Source: Lachnospiraceae bacterium
GTDB lineage: Bacteria; Bacillota; Clostridia; Lachnospirales; Lachnospiraceae
DNA length: 64,000 bases
Reading direction: 5' to 3'
Assembly: GCA_017508825.1 (NCBI GenBank)
Contig: JAFWRC010000013.1
Coordinates: 3,786 to 67,785, forward strand
Positions 1 to 9,111 of this stretch are shown piece by piece (position 1 is the first letter of the stretch; each line of letters begins with the position of its first letter). A program made the position numbers and the translations under genes. Below the pieces are notes generated by a model. The model was not told where the DNA came from. It searched no databases and saw only the letters and a list, made by a program, of their open reading frames with translations.

Positions 1-357
1 CGGTGTCTGAATGCTCAGTCCCATCAGGGAAGCTGTCATACGGATCTTCTCATTTACTGCCAGCATTACATCATTGATATAGTTCTTCTTGATCATCTCG
101 TCCAGGTTGTCTACGAAAGTGCTGACACTTACCGTTGTCCAGGTTTCCATAGACATGGTCACAACCTTTTTCTCCTCATCGCCCACTTCAAATGCAACTG
201 CTACCAGTGCCGTGGTCGGAGCAGCCGGATTCAGACGAACTGCTGCCTTTGTCTTTACTGCAAGCTTCAGAGGCTCTCCCGGCTTTGCCGTGAAGTTATT
301 GTCATAGCTCAGAGACTTGATGTTTGTTGCTCCAATAGTTACTTTTACGTCTTTCAT
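1..357 (-). CDS. Hypothetical protein, truncated by window edge (possibly SecB-like fold)
   Basis: Missing from the ORF track. Hand translation from ATG at 357 (AAGGAGA RBS upstream) gives MKDVKVTIGATNIKSLSYDNNF...NEKIRMTASLMGLSIQTP, open to base 1. Confidence 0.7.
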   Translation of the reverse strand, partial: MKDVKVTIGATNIKSLSYDNNFTAKPGEPLKLAVKTKAAVRLNPAAPTTALVAVAFEVGDEEKKVVTMSMETWTTVSVSTFVDNLDEMIKKNYINDVMLAVNEKIRMTASLMGLSIQTP

Positions 358-379
358 TTTTTTCTCCTTATATAAAATA

Positions 380-1222
380 TTATTTCTCTTCCAATGCCGT
401 CACGATGCGGCCTGCAAATGCAGCCAGCTCCTCGTTTGACAGCTGATCGGCTTCTCCGTTGTCACAGATGGCTGCCTGCTCCGGGTTAATAGGCAGACGC
501 ACGATCTGTTCGATACCGTACTGACCGGCAACTTCTTCGATATGGCTCGGCCCGAAGATCTCGTGGCGCTTGCCGCAATCCGGGCACTCAAAATAAGACA
601 GATTTTCCACCAGTCCAAGTACCGGCACGTTCATCATCTGTGCCATACGCACGGCTTTGCCGACGATCATCGATACCAGATCCTGCGGAGAAGTCACTAC
701 AACAATGCCATCCACCGGCAGGGACTGAAATACCGTCAGCGGAACATCTCCGGTTCCCGGCGGCATATCCACCAGCATGACATCCACATCGCCCCAGGCT
801 ACCTCGGTCCAGAACTGACGTACCGTTCCCGAGATCACCGGTCCTCTCCAGATCACCGGTTCGTTCTCATCCTCCAGCAGTACATTGATGCTCATCACCG
901 GCATACCGCCTTTCGACTTAACCGGCAGCACTGCCTCACCATTCGATCCTGCTTTTTCGGTGATCCCGTACATCTTCGGGATCGAAGGACCTGTGATATC
1001 CGCATCCAGTATCGCGGAATTCTTACCCATCTGCTTCACCGCATTGGCCAGCAGCGCGGTTACCGTAGACTTTCCTACACCACCCTTGCCGCTGATCACG
1101 GCGATCATATGCTTTACGCGGGATCCGGCATTTGCAGCCTCTTTTGCAGGTGCACCTTTCCGGTGACCGCAGCCGCTTTCCCCGCAGCTTTCACAATCTG
1201 ACTTCGTACACTCTTCGCTCAT
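380..1222 (-). CDS. apbC: Mrp/NBP35/ApbC family Fe-S cluster carrier ATPase
   Basis: SGKGGVGKS deviant Walker A, DADITGPSIP, DMPPGTGD, CPDC motif and Cys-rich N-terminus. Confidence 0.93.
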   Translation of the reverse strand: MSEECTKSDCESCGESGCGHRKGAPAKEAANAGSRVKHMIAVISGKGGVGKSTVTALLANAVKQMGKNSAILDADITGPSIPKMYGITEKAGSNGEAVLPVKSKGGMPVMSINVLLEDENEPVIWRGPVISGTVRQFWTEVAWGDVDVMLVDMPPGTGDVPLTVFQSLPVDGIVVVTSPQDLVSMIVGKAVRMAQMMNVPVLGLVENLSYFECPDCGKRHEIFGPSHIEEVAGQYGIEQIVRLPINPEQAAICDNGEADQLSNEELAAFAGRIVTALEEK

Positions 1223-1224
1223 TT

Positions 1225-1878
1225 TTACTGAATCTCTCCGTTACTCTTTTTTACCAGGAACAGATCTGCGATGGCCTTTGCCAGCTTAAACGGATACAGC
1301 TGTACCATCTGCGTACGGATCAGTTCTCCCATTTCCAGATCAAACGTGATCTGTACAAAACGATCCTCCTGCTGGAATGCATCGTTGATATAGTTCCCGG
1401 GATCCGTCAGGATCGTATTCGGCGTAGAGATATCCACGAGTTTGTTGATCATCATACCCATGGCCGTTGCAGCCGATCCCATCATCTGGTTCATAGACTC
1501 CGACACAGCGCTCAGATGCAGTTCCGAGATGTCCTGCTCATAAAACATCCCGTGGCCGTCACTGCCCATCATCAGGTCCGTCATGATCTTGACGTCTTCT
1601 TCCTTAAGGAACAATACACTGTATCCGTCCAGACCTTTTACATAATCCACACGTGTTACCACCGATTTCAGCGGCTGCTCCGCAACGATGGCGTCCTTGT
1701 TCTTGATCTCCACATGCGGTGTCGAGATATCGATATTGCTGTGGATCAGCACACTCAGTGCCGTCACTGCATTTCCAAGCGTTATGTTTGCCACCTCGCC
1801 TATGGCGGACAGCTCCATATCATTAAATCCTGCCATTGCCGCTTTCTGTTTTGCAGCTTCCAGTGCAGCATTGTCCAT
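1225..1878 (-). CDS. CheC/FliY-N-like chemotaxis phosphatase (no FliN/SpoA domain)
   Basis: Two CheC-type ExxN motifs (SAIGEVANIT, SAVSESMNQMMG). Start at 1878 chosen from the AAGGAG RBS. Confidence 0.8.
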   Translation of the reverse strand: MDNAALEAAKQKAAMAGFNDMELSAIGEVANITLGNAVTALSVLIHSNIDISTPHVEIKNKDAIVAEQPLKSVVTRVDYVKGLDGYSVLFLKEEDVKIMTDLMMGSDGHGMFYEQDISELHLSAVSESMNQMMGSAATAMGMMINKLVDISTPNTILTDPGNYINDAFQQEDRFVQITFDLEMGELIRTQMVQLYPFKLAKAIADLFLVKKSNGEIQ

Positions 1879-2002
1879 ACTCCGGTCTCCTTGCATATAT
1901 AGTCTAACACCAGATTAATATATTATAACCGCAAATCCCCTTTTTCGCAATCTTTGTTTGCAGATAGTTTTCAGAAGCGTTATAATTTATGTAACCTCCC
2001 TT

Positions 2003-2035
2003 GGCTTCCCCTTGAGGGGAAGCTAACGGATGAGG
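2003..2035. repeat. REP-like family A copy (GGCTTCCCC-TTGA-GGGGAAGC...GATGAGG)
   Basis: Hairpin matching the reverse complement of the copies at 4656 and 36345. Confidence 0.75.
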
Positions 2036-2055
2036 TGGATTGGAGATCTTGATCT

Positions 2056-3120
2056 ATGAAGAAAACCCTGAAAACCATCCTCGTTATCGTCATCATCATC
2101 GCGATCATCGGATTGCTTGTTCTGGTGCGCGCTCTGGGCGACCGCTCGGTGCTGATCCCAGAAAACGATCCGGCAACCATCGGCAATACTCCCGGAAATC
2201 TTTATAACGGCGGTACTTTCTGTGAATCGGACGGCAAAGTCTATTTTTCCAATCCTTATGACGGCGGCACGATCTATGTGATGAATTCCGATCAGACAGA
2301 TATACACAAACTGGTTTCCGGTTCGGATTCCTTCATCAACGCCGCCGGCGGATATATCTACTACTTCTCCACCTCCGCTTCCGACCAGTCGGGACTCGGC
2401 TATGTCCGGAACGGACGCGGCATCTATCGTGTGGATGCTGCCGGCAAGACCAATGTGCTCCTGACACGTGTCACCACAGACAGCTGCATGCTCTTCGGCA
2501 GCCGCGTCTACTATACCAACTTCGGGGAAAATCCTGCCAACGAAGACGTAGCTCTGGTCACCGTGGACAGCGTCTCCATCAACGGAAAAGACAACACATC
2601 CCACCTGAAAGACCATCCGAAACTGGGCAGTGCCGCTGACGGGATGATCTATTATGCCGGCATGGACAAGGATCACCATCTCTACGCGCTGCGCCCCGAA
2701 AGCGGCGACTCCGTCGAGATCAGTTCCCTCAATATGTATCTTCCTATCGTGTCCGGGGAGAATGTGTATTTCCTGGATATGGATGACCAGCTGCGATTGA
2801 AATGCTATTCCTTAGCGAACAACTCCGTGCGTACGATCTCGAATGAGACCTGCGATTCCTATAATCTGTACGGAGATATCATTTACTACCAGACCGTGGA
2901 TATGACCGGCGGCAGTGATTATGCCTTAAAGCGCATCCGTGTGGACGGTTCCGGCGAAGAAGTGGTCCGTCCGGGTACTGCGGCCGGAATACAGATCACC
3001 TCCGATTACGTTTATTTCCATGATTTTGCCAATGATATGCCCATCTATCAGACACCGACCTTCGGGAACGTCAACGTAACGACCTTCTCCGGGGCATCGA
3101 CTGCGGTAAAAATCGACTGA
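2056..3120 (+). CDS. Membrane-anchored beta-propeller protein (DUF5050-like)
   Basis: N-terminal TM anchor, GNTPGNLYNGG motif and repeated GxxIYY...IYRV blades. Confidence 0.82.
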   Translation: MKKTLKTILVIVIIIAIIGLLVLVRALGDRSVLIPENDPATIGNTPGNLYNGGTFCESDGKVYFSNPYDGGTIYVMNSDQTDIHKLVSGSDSFINAAGGYIYYFSTSASDQSGLGYVRNGRGIYRVDAAGKTNVLLTRVTTDSCMLFGSRVYYTNFGENPANEDVALVTVDSVSINGKDNTSHLKDHPKLGSAADGMIYYAGMDKDHHLYALRPESGDSVEISSLNMYLPIVSGENVYFLDMDDQLRLKCYSLANNSVRTISNETCDSYNLYGDIIYYQTVDMTGGSDYALKRIRVDGSGEEVVRPGTAAGIQITSDYVYFHDFANDMPIYQTPTFGNVNVTTFSGASTAVKID

Positions 3121-3213
3121 GCCACGGGGACGGTTCTCTGGCCCATTTTCCGAAGAAAAACGGGCCAGAGAACCGTCCCCATGGCTCAGTCAGAGAACCG
3201 TCCCCATGGCTCA
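3118..3213. repeat. REP-like family B cluster, likely also a bidirectional terminator
   Basis: TGAGCCACGGGGACGGTTCTCTGGCCC pairs with GGGCCAGAGAACCGTCCCCATGGCTCA, followed by a tandem CAGAGAACCGTCCCCATGGCTCA. Lies between convergent genes. Confidence 0.9.
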
Positions 3214-4047
3214 TTTTCTGACATGTTTCTCCATCGGTGCTTCCGCCATCTCGCGGATCGTCTTGCCCGTCAGCGGGTGCCGCACAAATGGCGCGATCTC
3301 TGCCAAAGGCAGGATCACAAAGTCCCGCTTCGCCATCTCCGGGTGCGGGATCACCAGTTCCTTGCTGTCATACACCAGATCATCGTACAACAGGATATCC
3401 AGATCCAGCGGACGCGGCCCCCAGTGAATGCCGTGCTCGCGGTCACGTCCCTGCGCCTGCTCTACGCGGTGCAAAAAACGCAGCAGTTCCATCGGCTCGT
3501 AGATCGTCTCCATCCGGAGCACGCCGTTGTAAAAATCCCTCTGCTCCACACCGCCGTACGGGGTGCTTTTGACCGGTTTTGTCATCCGGCGCACCCGGCA
3601 GCACGGATCCCGGTCAATGGCTGCGATCCCCTCCTGGATCTGGTTCTCGCAGTCCCCTTCATTGGCACCGTAGGCCACATATACCGTATGCCGTTTCCTG
3701 TGAATGCGTACCGATACCGACTGAAAATCCGCATCGATCGGCGCATCCGGCTTCTCGATCTCCAGTGTCAGTTCCTGTAATGCCTGATATTTTGCAAACA
3801 GCACGATCGAAAGATGCTCTGCCACGGCTTCCAGAAGCTTCCGGGTATGTGCTTTCATCTCACGCTGCAGGATCTCGCAGACCTCTTCGTAAGAGATCGA
3901 GGCTTCCAGATCATCCGTAAGGCCGGCATGCTGCGTGGAAACGCCCATGACAGCATTGATGATGAAATCCTGCCCCTGCTCATTCTCCCGCGCATATACG
4001 CCGTGGTATGCATATACTTTTAATCCTCTGATACGGATCTCGTCCAT
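3211..4047 (-). CDS. folK: Bifunctional dihydroneopterin aldolase / HPPK (FolB-FolK)
   Basis: FolB motifs AYHGV, GQDF, TDDL, LLEAVAE, IEKP; FolK motifs WGPRPLDLDILLY and PHPEM..RDFV. Confidence 0.93.
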   Translation of the reverse strand: MDEIRIRGLKVYAYHGVYARENEQGQDFIINAVMGVSTQHAGLTDDLEASISYEEVCEILQREMKAHTRKLLEAVAEHLSIVLFAKYQALQELTLEIEKPDAPIDADFQSVSVRIHRKRHTVYVAYGANEGDCENQIQEGIAAIDRDPCCRVRRMTKPVKSTPYGGVEQRDFYNGVLRMETIYEPMELLRFLHRVEQAQGRDREHGIHWGPRPLDLDILLYDDLVYDSKELVIPHPEMAKRDFVILPLAEIAPFVRHPLTGKTIREMAEAPMEKHVRK

Positions 4048-4065
4048 GTTTCCCCTCATCCGCCA

Positions 4066-4623
4066 CTAATGTCTTAACATTTGGTAGAACTGATTTTGTA
4101 ATTTCTCGTCCTTCTCAAAAGCGCCGCGCATCGCTACCGTCACGGTACTGCTGCCGGGCTTTTTCACACCGCGCATGGTCATGCAGGTATGCTCCGCCTC
4201 GACCATCACCATCACGCCTTTGCATGAGAGTTCATCCATCACGGCATCCGCGATCTGTCCGGTAAGGCGTTCCTGCATCTGCAGACGTCTGGCAAATACC
4301 TCCACGGTACGCGCCAGTTTGGACAGACCTGTTACCTTACCGTCCGGCAGATAGGCGATATGCGCCTTGCCGAAAAACGGCATCAGATGATGCTCACAGG
4401 TGGAAAAGAACGTAATATCCCGCTCCAGTACCATATCCCCGGAAGTCGCGGTAAAGGTCCTTCCCAGATGCTGCCCGGCATCCTCATCCATTCCGGCCAG
4501 CACTTCGCTGTACATCCGTGCCACCCGCCGCGGGGTGTCGATCAGTCCTTCCCGTTTCGGATCCTCTCCGATCCCCTCCAATAACAGACGTATCGCCTGT
4601 TGCACTTTTTCCTCATCTACCAT
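4066..4623 (-). CDS. folE: GTP cyclohydrolase I
   Basis: [26 protein letters not shown] and HTCMTMRG motifs. Confidence 0.97.
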   Translation of the reverse strand: MVDEEKVQQAIRLLLEGIGEDPKREGLIDTPRRVARMYSEVLAGMDEDAGQHLGRTFTATSGDMVLERDITFFSTCEHHLMPFFGKAHIAYLPDGKVTGLSKLARTVEVFARRLQMQERLTGQIADAVMDELSCKGVMVMVEAEHTCMTMRGVKKPGSSTVTVAMRGAFEKDEKLQNQFYQMLRH

Positions 4624-4655
4624 GATCCTATCCCAAAAACCTTTCCATAATATTA

Positions 4656-4700
4656 CCCCTCATCCGGCGCTTCGCGCCACCTTCCCCCTAGGGGGAAGGC
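4656..4700. repeat. REP-like family A full copy
   Basis: CCCCTCATCCGGCGCTTCGCGCCACCTTCCCCCTAGGGGGAAGGC, two hairpins, between folC and folE. Confidence 0.88.
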
Positions 4701-4704
4701 AGGA

Positions 4705-6024
4705 TTATTGTGATATCCGTTTTCCTCTATTTCGATCGCGGTATATGCCTTCCAGCCGTCCCAGCCACGACAGGGATCCCGTTGCCAGGATCGGAAACTG
4801 TTTTCCGGAAAGCAGCTCCGCCAGTTCCGCAGCCTCTTCCACGCTGTCCGCGCAGGTTACGCTCACACCGTATTCCTGTACCGCTTCCGCCAGTTCCAGC
4901 GCAGATAACGCTCTGGCATTTTCCGGCGGCGTCAGCGTGATCACCTGCACCGCCTTATCCAGCAGACATTTTAACACATCTTCATACGCCTTGTCCCGCA
5001 GTACCCCGAGGATCATCACAAAAGACTTCTCCGGAAAATACGTGTCCAGCGATCTTCGTAATACCTCGGCCGCCGCTTTGTTGTGCGCCCCGTCCATAAT
5101 GAAATAAGGCTTTTCCTTAAGGAACGTGAACCGTCCGGACCATACGGTCATCCGAAGCCCGCTGCGCAGCTTCTCTTCCGGGATCTTAAAGCCCCTTTTC
5201 CGCAGCGCATCCAGTACTGCAACGGCAACGGCTGCATTTTCCGGCTGATACACCCCGGCCAGCGTGATCTCGAGTTTCCGGTATTCTTTGGTATCAAAAG
5301 TCTGCTTTTTCAGTCCGTACCGTATATGAGACGGCGCCTCTGCATATGTCAGGGACACCTTTTTCTCTCCTGCTGTCCGTTCCAACACCCTGGCCGCTTC
5401 CGGCATCTGCGGCGCGCTCACCACATCCGCCCCCGGCTTGATGATGCCGGATTTTACCCCAGCGATAGCCTCTACCGTAGGGCCCAGGATCGCCATGTGG
5501 TCCATTGCGATCGGTGCAAACACGCACACTTCGGGGGCGGGGATCACATTCGTCGCGTCCGTTCGTCCGCCCAGCCCGCATTCGAGCACCACGATGTCAC
5601 AGCCTTTCTTTCGGAAATACCAGAAGGCCAGCGCGGTTTCCGCTTCAAACTGCGTCGGCAGCCGTTTTCCTTCTGCTGCCATCTGCTGCGTACATTCCGC
5701 AATGGCCGCAATGCCTTCCCGGATCGCCGTCTTTGCGACAGGCTTCTGCTGCACCTGGATCTTCTCCCAGGGATCTCGCAGCGCCGGCGAGAAATATCTT
5801 CCCACACGGTATCCCGCTTCCTGCAGCACCGTCGACACATATGCCAGTATGGACCCCTTGCCGTTGGTCCCTGCGATATGCACATACCGCAGATCTCTCT
5901 CCGGATTTCCCATACGCGCAAGCAGATCCTGCAGGGCTTCCAGCTGCATCTCTTCCCTGCCGGGATTGACGATCGCGCCGGCCGACAGGCTTTCCATATA
6001 TGCTGTTACTTCATTATCGTTCAT
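4705..6024 (-). CDS. folC: Folylpolyglutamate synthase / dihydrofolate synthase
   Basis: HIAGTNGKGS, ECGLGGRTDATN, DHM..LG and DGAHN motifs. Confidence 0.95.
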   Translation of the reverse strand: MNDNEVTAYMESLSAGAIVNPGREEMQLEALQDLLARMGNPERDLRYVHIAGTNGKGSILAYVSTVLQEAGYRVGRYFSPALRDPWEKIQVQQKPVAKTAIREGIAAIAECTQQMAAEGKRLPTQFEAETALAFWYFRKKGCDIVVLECGLGGRTDATNVIPAPEVCVFAPIAMDHMAILGPTVEAIAGVKSGIIKPGADVVSAPQMPEAARVLERTAGEKKVSLTYAEAPSHIRYGLKKQTFDTKEYRKLEITLAGVYQPENAAVAVAVLDALRKRGFKIPEEKLRSGLRMTVWSGRFTFLKEKPYFIMDGAHNKAAAEVLRRSLDTYFPEKSFVMILGVLRDKAYEDVLKCLLDKAVQVITLTPPENARALSALELAEAVQEYGVSVTCADSVEEAAELAELLSGKQFPILATGSLSWLGRLEGIYRDRNRGKRISQ

Positions 6025-6038
6025 AACAGACGCAATCG

Positions 6039-6425
6039 TTATCCGATGTCATCGGGAATGCCGTCGCCATCCAGATCCATATTGTGACCGATGTTCTGCA
6101 TATTCACCGTACGGCGTTTGATCTTTTCCTCATCCGAATGCTTCAGGATGAATTCCTTGATCTCTTTGGAATTACGCACGTGCTTTAAAGTCAGGGTCTG
6201 GTCCGTCACATCACCGGTAAAGCAAACAACGGTACCGGTACGGAAAATCCTCTCCCAGAAACTTCTGCGCAGCTCCACGTCATTGATCTTGTACATATAG
6301 CAGTCTTCTTCTTTTTTGCTCAAAAAGCCGGACTCTATGGTGAGCATATCCTCACGCACCTTATATACCGTAAAGGTAAAAGGCAGTCCCAAAAAACCCC
6401 AGCGCTTTCTTTCTCTGAATTCCAT
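6039..6425 (-). CDS. Bacterial PH-domain (bPH_2-like) protein
   Basis: GLPFTFTVY...ESGFLSKKEE..YMYKINDV...ERIFRTGTV pattern; C-terminal DLDGDG. Confidence 0.78.
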   Translation of the reverse strand: MEFRERKRWGFLGLPFTFTVYKVREDMLTIESGFLSKKEEDCYMYKINDVELRRSFWERIFRTGTVVCFTGDVTDQTLTLKHVRNSKEIKEFILKHSDEEKIKRRTVNMQNIGHNMDLDGDGIPDDIG

Positions 6426-6483
6426 TGTCATCCCCTCCTTGATCCTTTTTTTATTCCGCAGGCGTTTGTCACACCTGCATCAT

Positions 6484-7158
6484 CTAATTCGGCGAGAAGC
6501 CGAAATTCTGACTATCATTGATCTGGCTCTCCGCCTGCTCTTTGCTGGTCAGACGTTCAATATAATCCAAAACCTCCTGGTTCTGCTCGCCGCAGCGGCA
6601 GCCATACAGCACATACTGGTCCATCTTTTCCTTTCGGATCACCTTCCCGCGGATATGGATCGTCGTACCGTTCTTTTCATTGATCGTACAAGCCACGTTT
6701 TTACCGATGGTGATGGGCAGCCTCTTTTTGGGATCCACCACAAAAGCAAAACCGCTGGGGCTCACATCCTTTAAGGTGGTAAAGATCTGCTCCGTAATAC
6801 CCTCGATCGTAAAGATTGCCGGCTGCCATACATAGGTACGGCGCTCGCCACGACGGTTCTCAATGCCCTCCGTCATAGGCGTCAGGATACGGTGGTAGAT
6901 CAGGCCGTTCTTTTTGATGGTATCAATCTTGCAGTTCTTGAAGGTCCAGTTATTGCCTTCCCCGTCCGGCACTTCCATATTGATATGGATGTTCTGGCCG
7001 TTAAAGTTCACACGTACGCCCTTGTGCATAAACGGGATCACCAGGAGGCTCTTATCCCCCGTCTTCATGACACGCGAAATAAACTTGGCCTGCATATCGC
7101 TGCCATTGGAAACACAGATCTGCACTTTTACCCCCAGGGGGATATCGTTATAATTCAT
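6484..7158 (-). CDS. PilZ-domain c-di-GMP receptor
   Basis: RxxxR (NRRGERR) and DxSxxG (DVSPSG) motifs. Confidence 0.88.
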   Translation of the reverse strand: MNYNDIPLGVKVQICVSNGSDMQAKFISRVMKTGDKSLLVIPFMHKGVRVNFNGQNIHINMEVPDGEGNNWTFKNCKIDTIKKNGLIYHRILTPMTEGIENRRGERRTYVWQPAIFTIEGITEQIFTTLKDVSPSGFAFVVDPKKRLPITIGKNVACTINEKNGTTIHIRGKVIRKEKMDQYVLYGCRCGEQNQEVLDYIERLTSKEQAESQINDSQNFGFSPN

Positions 7159-7189
7159 GTTTCTCCGTTTCGCTGTCTGTTGTTATTCC

Positions 7190-9052
7190 TTACACGGTCA
7201 CTTCATATACCGCCGCGCTGTAGGCCGGCACATTAAGCTCCATTTCCCGTTTCTTTGATCTGAGCGTCACACTCTTCTCTGCCTGCGTGCCGCCGTATTT
7301 CTTCCAGTCCGTGGAAAGCAGCAGTTTCCAGCTTTCCTCTTTTTTCTTAACCGTTTTCTTCTTCGGCTTGCTCTCTTCCCCGTCTGCCGTGGTTTCCGCT
7401 TCCGGTTCCGGCTTATCCAGCGGCAATGCATATTCTTCGATCGCCGTATCCCCAAAGTTCATTACATAGACATACGCTTTGCCTTTTGCCATACGCTTCA
7501 TTACATACAGGAGCTTCGGCCCCTGCTCACAGTAAAGCCAGGTAAAATTGTCCATGGCATATTCATCGGCATACAATACCGGCTCCGTCACATACATCTT
7601 CTGCAGGTCCGTGATCAGATCATACAGCCCCTTATGCAGCGGCTGCTGTAACAGTTCAAATTCGACTTCCCTGCCCTCATTCCATTCCGTGCGCTCGCCC
7701 AGCTCATTGCCCATAAAGGACAGCTTTTTCCCCGGATGCGCATACATATAAGTATAATAGGCTCTCGCCTGTGCAAACTTTTCTTCGTCCGTTCCCGGCA
7801 TCTTCTCCAGGATCGTGCCTCTGCCTCCGACCACCTCATCGTGAGAGAGAGACAGGATAAAACGCTCGGTATAGAAATACCACATGGAGAACGTCATCTT
7901 GTGATATGCTGCCTCACGTTGCGCCGCCGGCTGCGATAAGAAGTACAGGCTGTCATACATCCAGCCCATATCCCACTTATAATCAAAGCCCAAACCGCCT
8001 TCTTCCACCGGTTTGGTCACGCCGCCCTGCCAGGAGGATGAATCCTCCGCGAAAAGCATTACCTTCGGATGCTTCTTCTTGATCAGTGTCGTTAAGTTTC
8101 TCGCAAACCGCATTCCCGAAGCATTCTCACCGCGGCCCTGTTCGCCGCCGTTGTGGATCAGACAGCTCACCGCATCCACACGCAGGCCGTCAAAATGGAA
8201 CTCACTCAGCCAGTAATCCGCTGCCGAAAGCAGGAAACTCACCGTCTCGCTGCGTCCGTGGTTGAACATGCATGTGCCCCACTGGCTGCCGTTATTCTGC
8301 TCATATAACGGTGTCGTGTCATACAGTTTCAATGCAAAATCATCGACCGCAAAATGTACCGGCACATAATCCATGATCACGCCCAGCCCCGCCTTATGGC
8401 ACTCGTCGATCAGATATTTCAGATCTGCCGGCGAACCGTAACGTGAAGTCGCCGCAAAATATCCGGTCAGCTGATAGCCCCAGGAACCGTCATACGGATG
8501 CTCGCATACCGGCATCATCTCGATGTGCGTATAGCCTGCTTTTTTCACATAATCGATCAGCGGCTCCGCAATGTCACGGTAATTGTACCAGCCGTTCTCA
8601 TCCTCCGGATTGCGCCGGAACGCTCCCAGATGCACCTCGTAGATGGATAACGGGCTCTTCTTACAGTCACTCCGCTGCTTCATCCACGCATCGTCCGTAA
8701 ACTGATATTCCGAAAGATCCACGATCTTCGATGCGCTGCCCGGCCGTAGTTCCGCGCCGAACGCATACGGGTCCGCGTGTTCCGCGCGCCAGCCGTTATG
8801 TCCGTAGATCACGTATTTATATAACTGTCCGACTTTGGCATCCTTTACGGTAAGGGAATAGATGCCATGTTCGTCCCGTTCCATCGGCACTTCCTGCCAG
8901 CCGTTGAAATCGCCGAAGAGATTTACACCCGTTGCTCCCGGCGCGTAGGTCCGAAATGTCACTCCGCCCTTCGCCACGTGGGCCCCGAAATACTCATAGG
9001 CATTTAATGCCGTCCCCTCGAAAAAATCTTTCAGTAATACTTCTGTCTTCAT
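7190..9052 (-). CDS. glgB: 1,4-alpha-glucan branching enzyme
   Basis: GH13 motifs YEVHLG, SWGYQ, DGLRVDAV, FAEDS, KWDMGWM, LSHDEVV. The longer track start runs through a REP copy. Confidence 0.93.
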   Translation of the reverse strand: MKTEVLLKDFFEGTALNAYEYFGAHVAKGGVTFRTYAPGATGVNLFGDFNGWQEVPMERDEHGIYSLTVKDAKVGQLYKYVIYGHNGWRAEHADPYAFGAELRPGSASKIVDLSEYQFTDDAWMKQRSDCKKSPLSIYEVHLGAFRRNPEDENGWYNYRDIAEPLIDYVKKAGYTHIEMMPVCEHPYDGSWGYQLTGYFAATSRYGSPADLKYLIDECHKAGLGVIMDYVPVHFAVDDFALKLYDTTPLYEQNNGSQWGTCMFNHGRSETVSFLLSAADYWLSEFHFDGLRVDAVSCLIHNGGEQGRGENASGMRFARNLTTLIKKKHPKVMLFAEDSSSWQGGVTKPVEEGGLGFDYKWDMGWMYDSLYFLSQPAAQREAAYHKMTFSMWYFYTERFILSLSHDEVVGGRGTILEKMPGTDEEKFAQARAYYTYMYAHPGKKLSFMGNELGERTEWNEGREVEFELLQQPLHKGLYDLITDLQKMYVTEPVLYADEYAMDNFTWLYCEQGPKLLYVMKRMAKGKAYVYVMNFGDTAIEEYALPLDKPEPEAETTADGEESKPKKKTVKKKEESWKLLLSTDWKKYGGTQAEKSVTLRSKKREMELNVPAYSAAVYEVTV

Positions 9053-9070
9053 GTCACGTATTTCTCTCTT

Positions 9071-9103
9071 GGCTCCCCCTTGAGAGGAAGCTTGCTGATG
9101 AGG
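9071..9103. repeat. REP-like family A degenerate copy
   Basis: GGCTCCCCCTTGAGAGGAAGCTTGCTGATGAGG. Confidence 0.7.
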
Positions 9104-9111
9104 TATCTCCT

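Noticed and set aside
3118-3213. Possible mini CRISPR array (repeated CAGAGAACCGTCCCCATGGCTCA)
   Set aside because: Only two direct copies 2 nt apart plus one inverted copy; no spacers and no cas genes. It fits a REP cluster.
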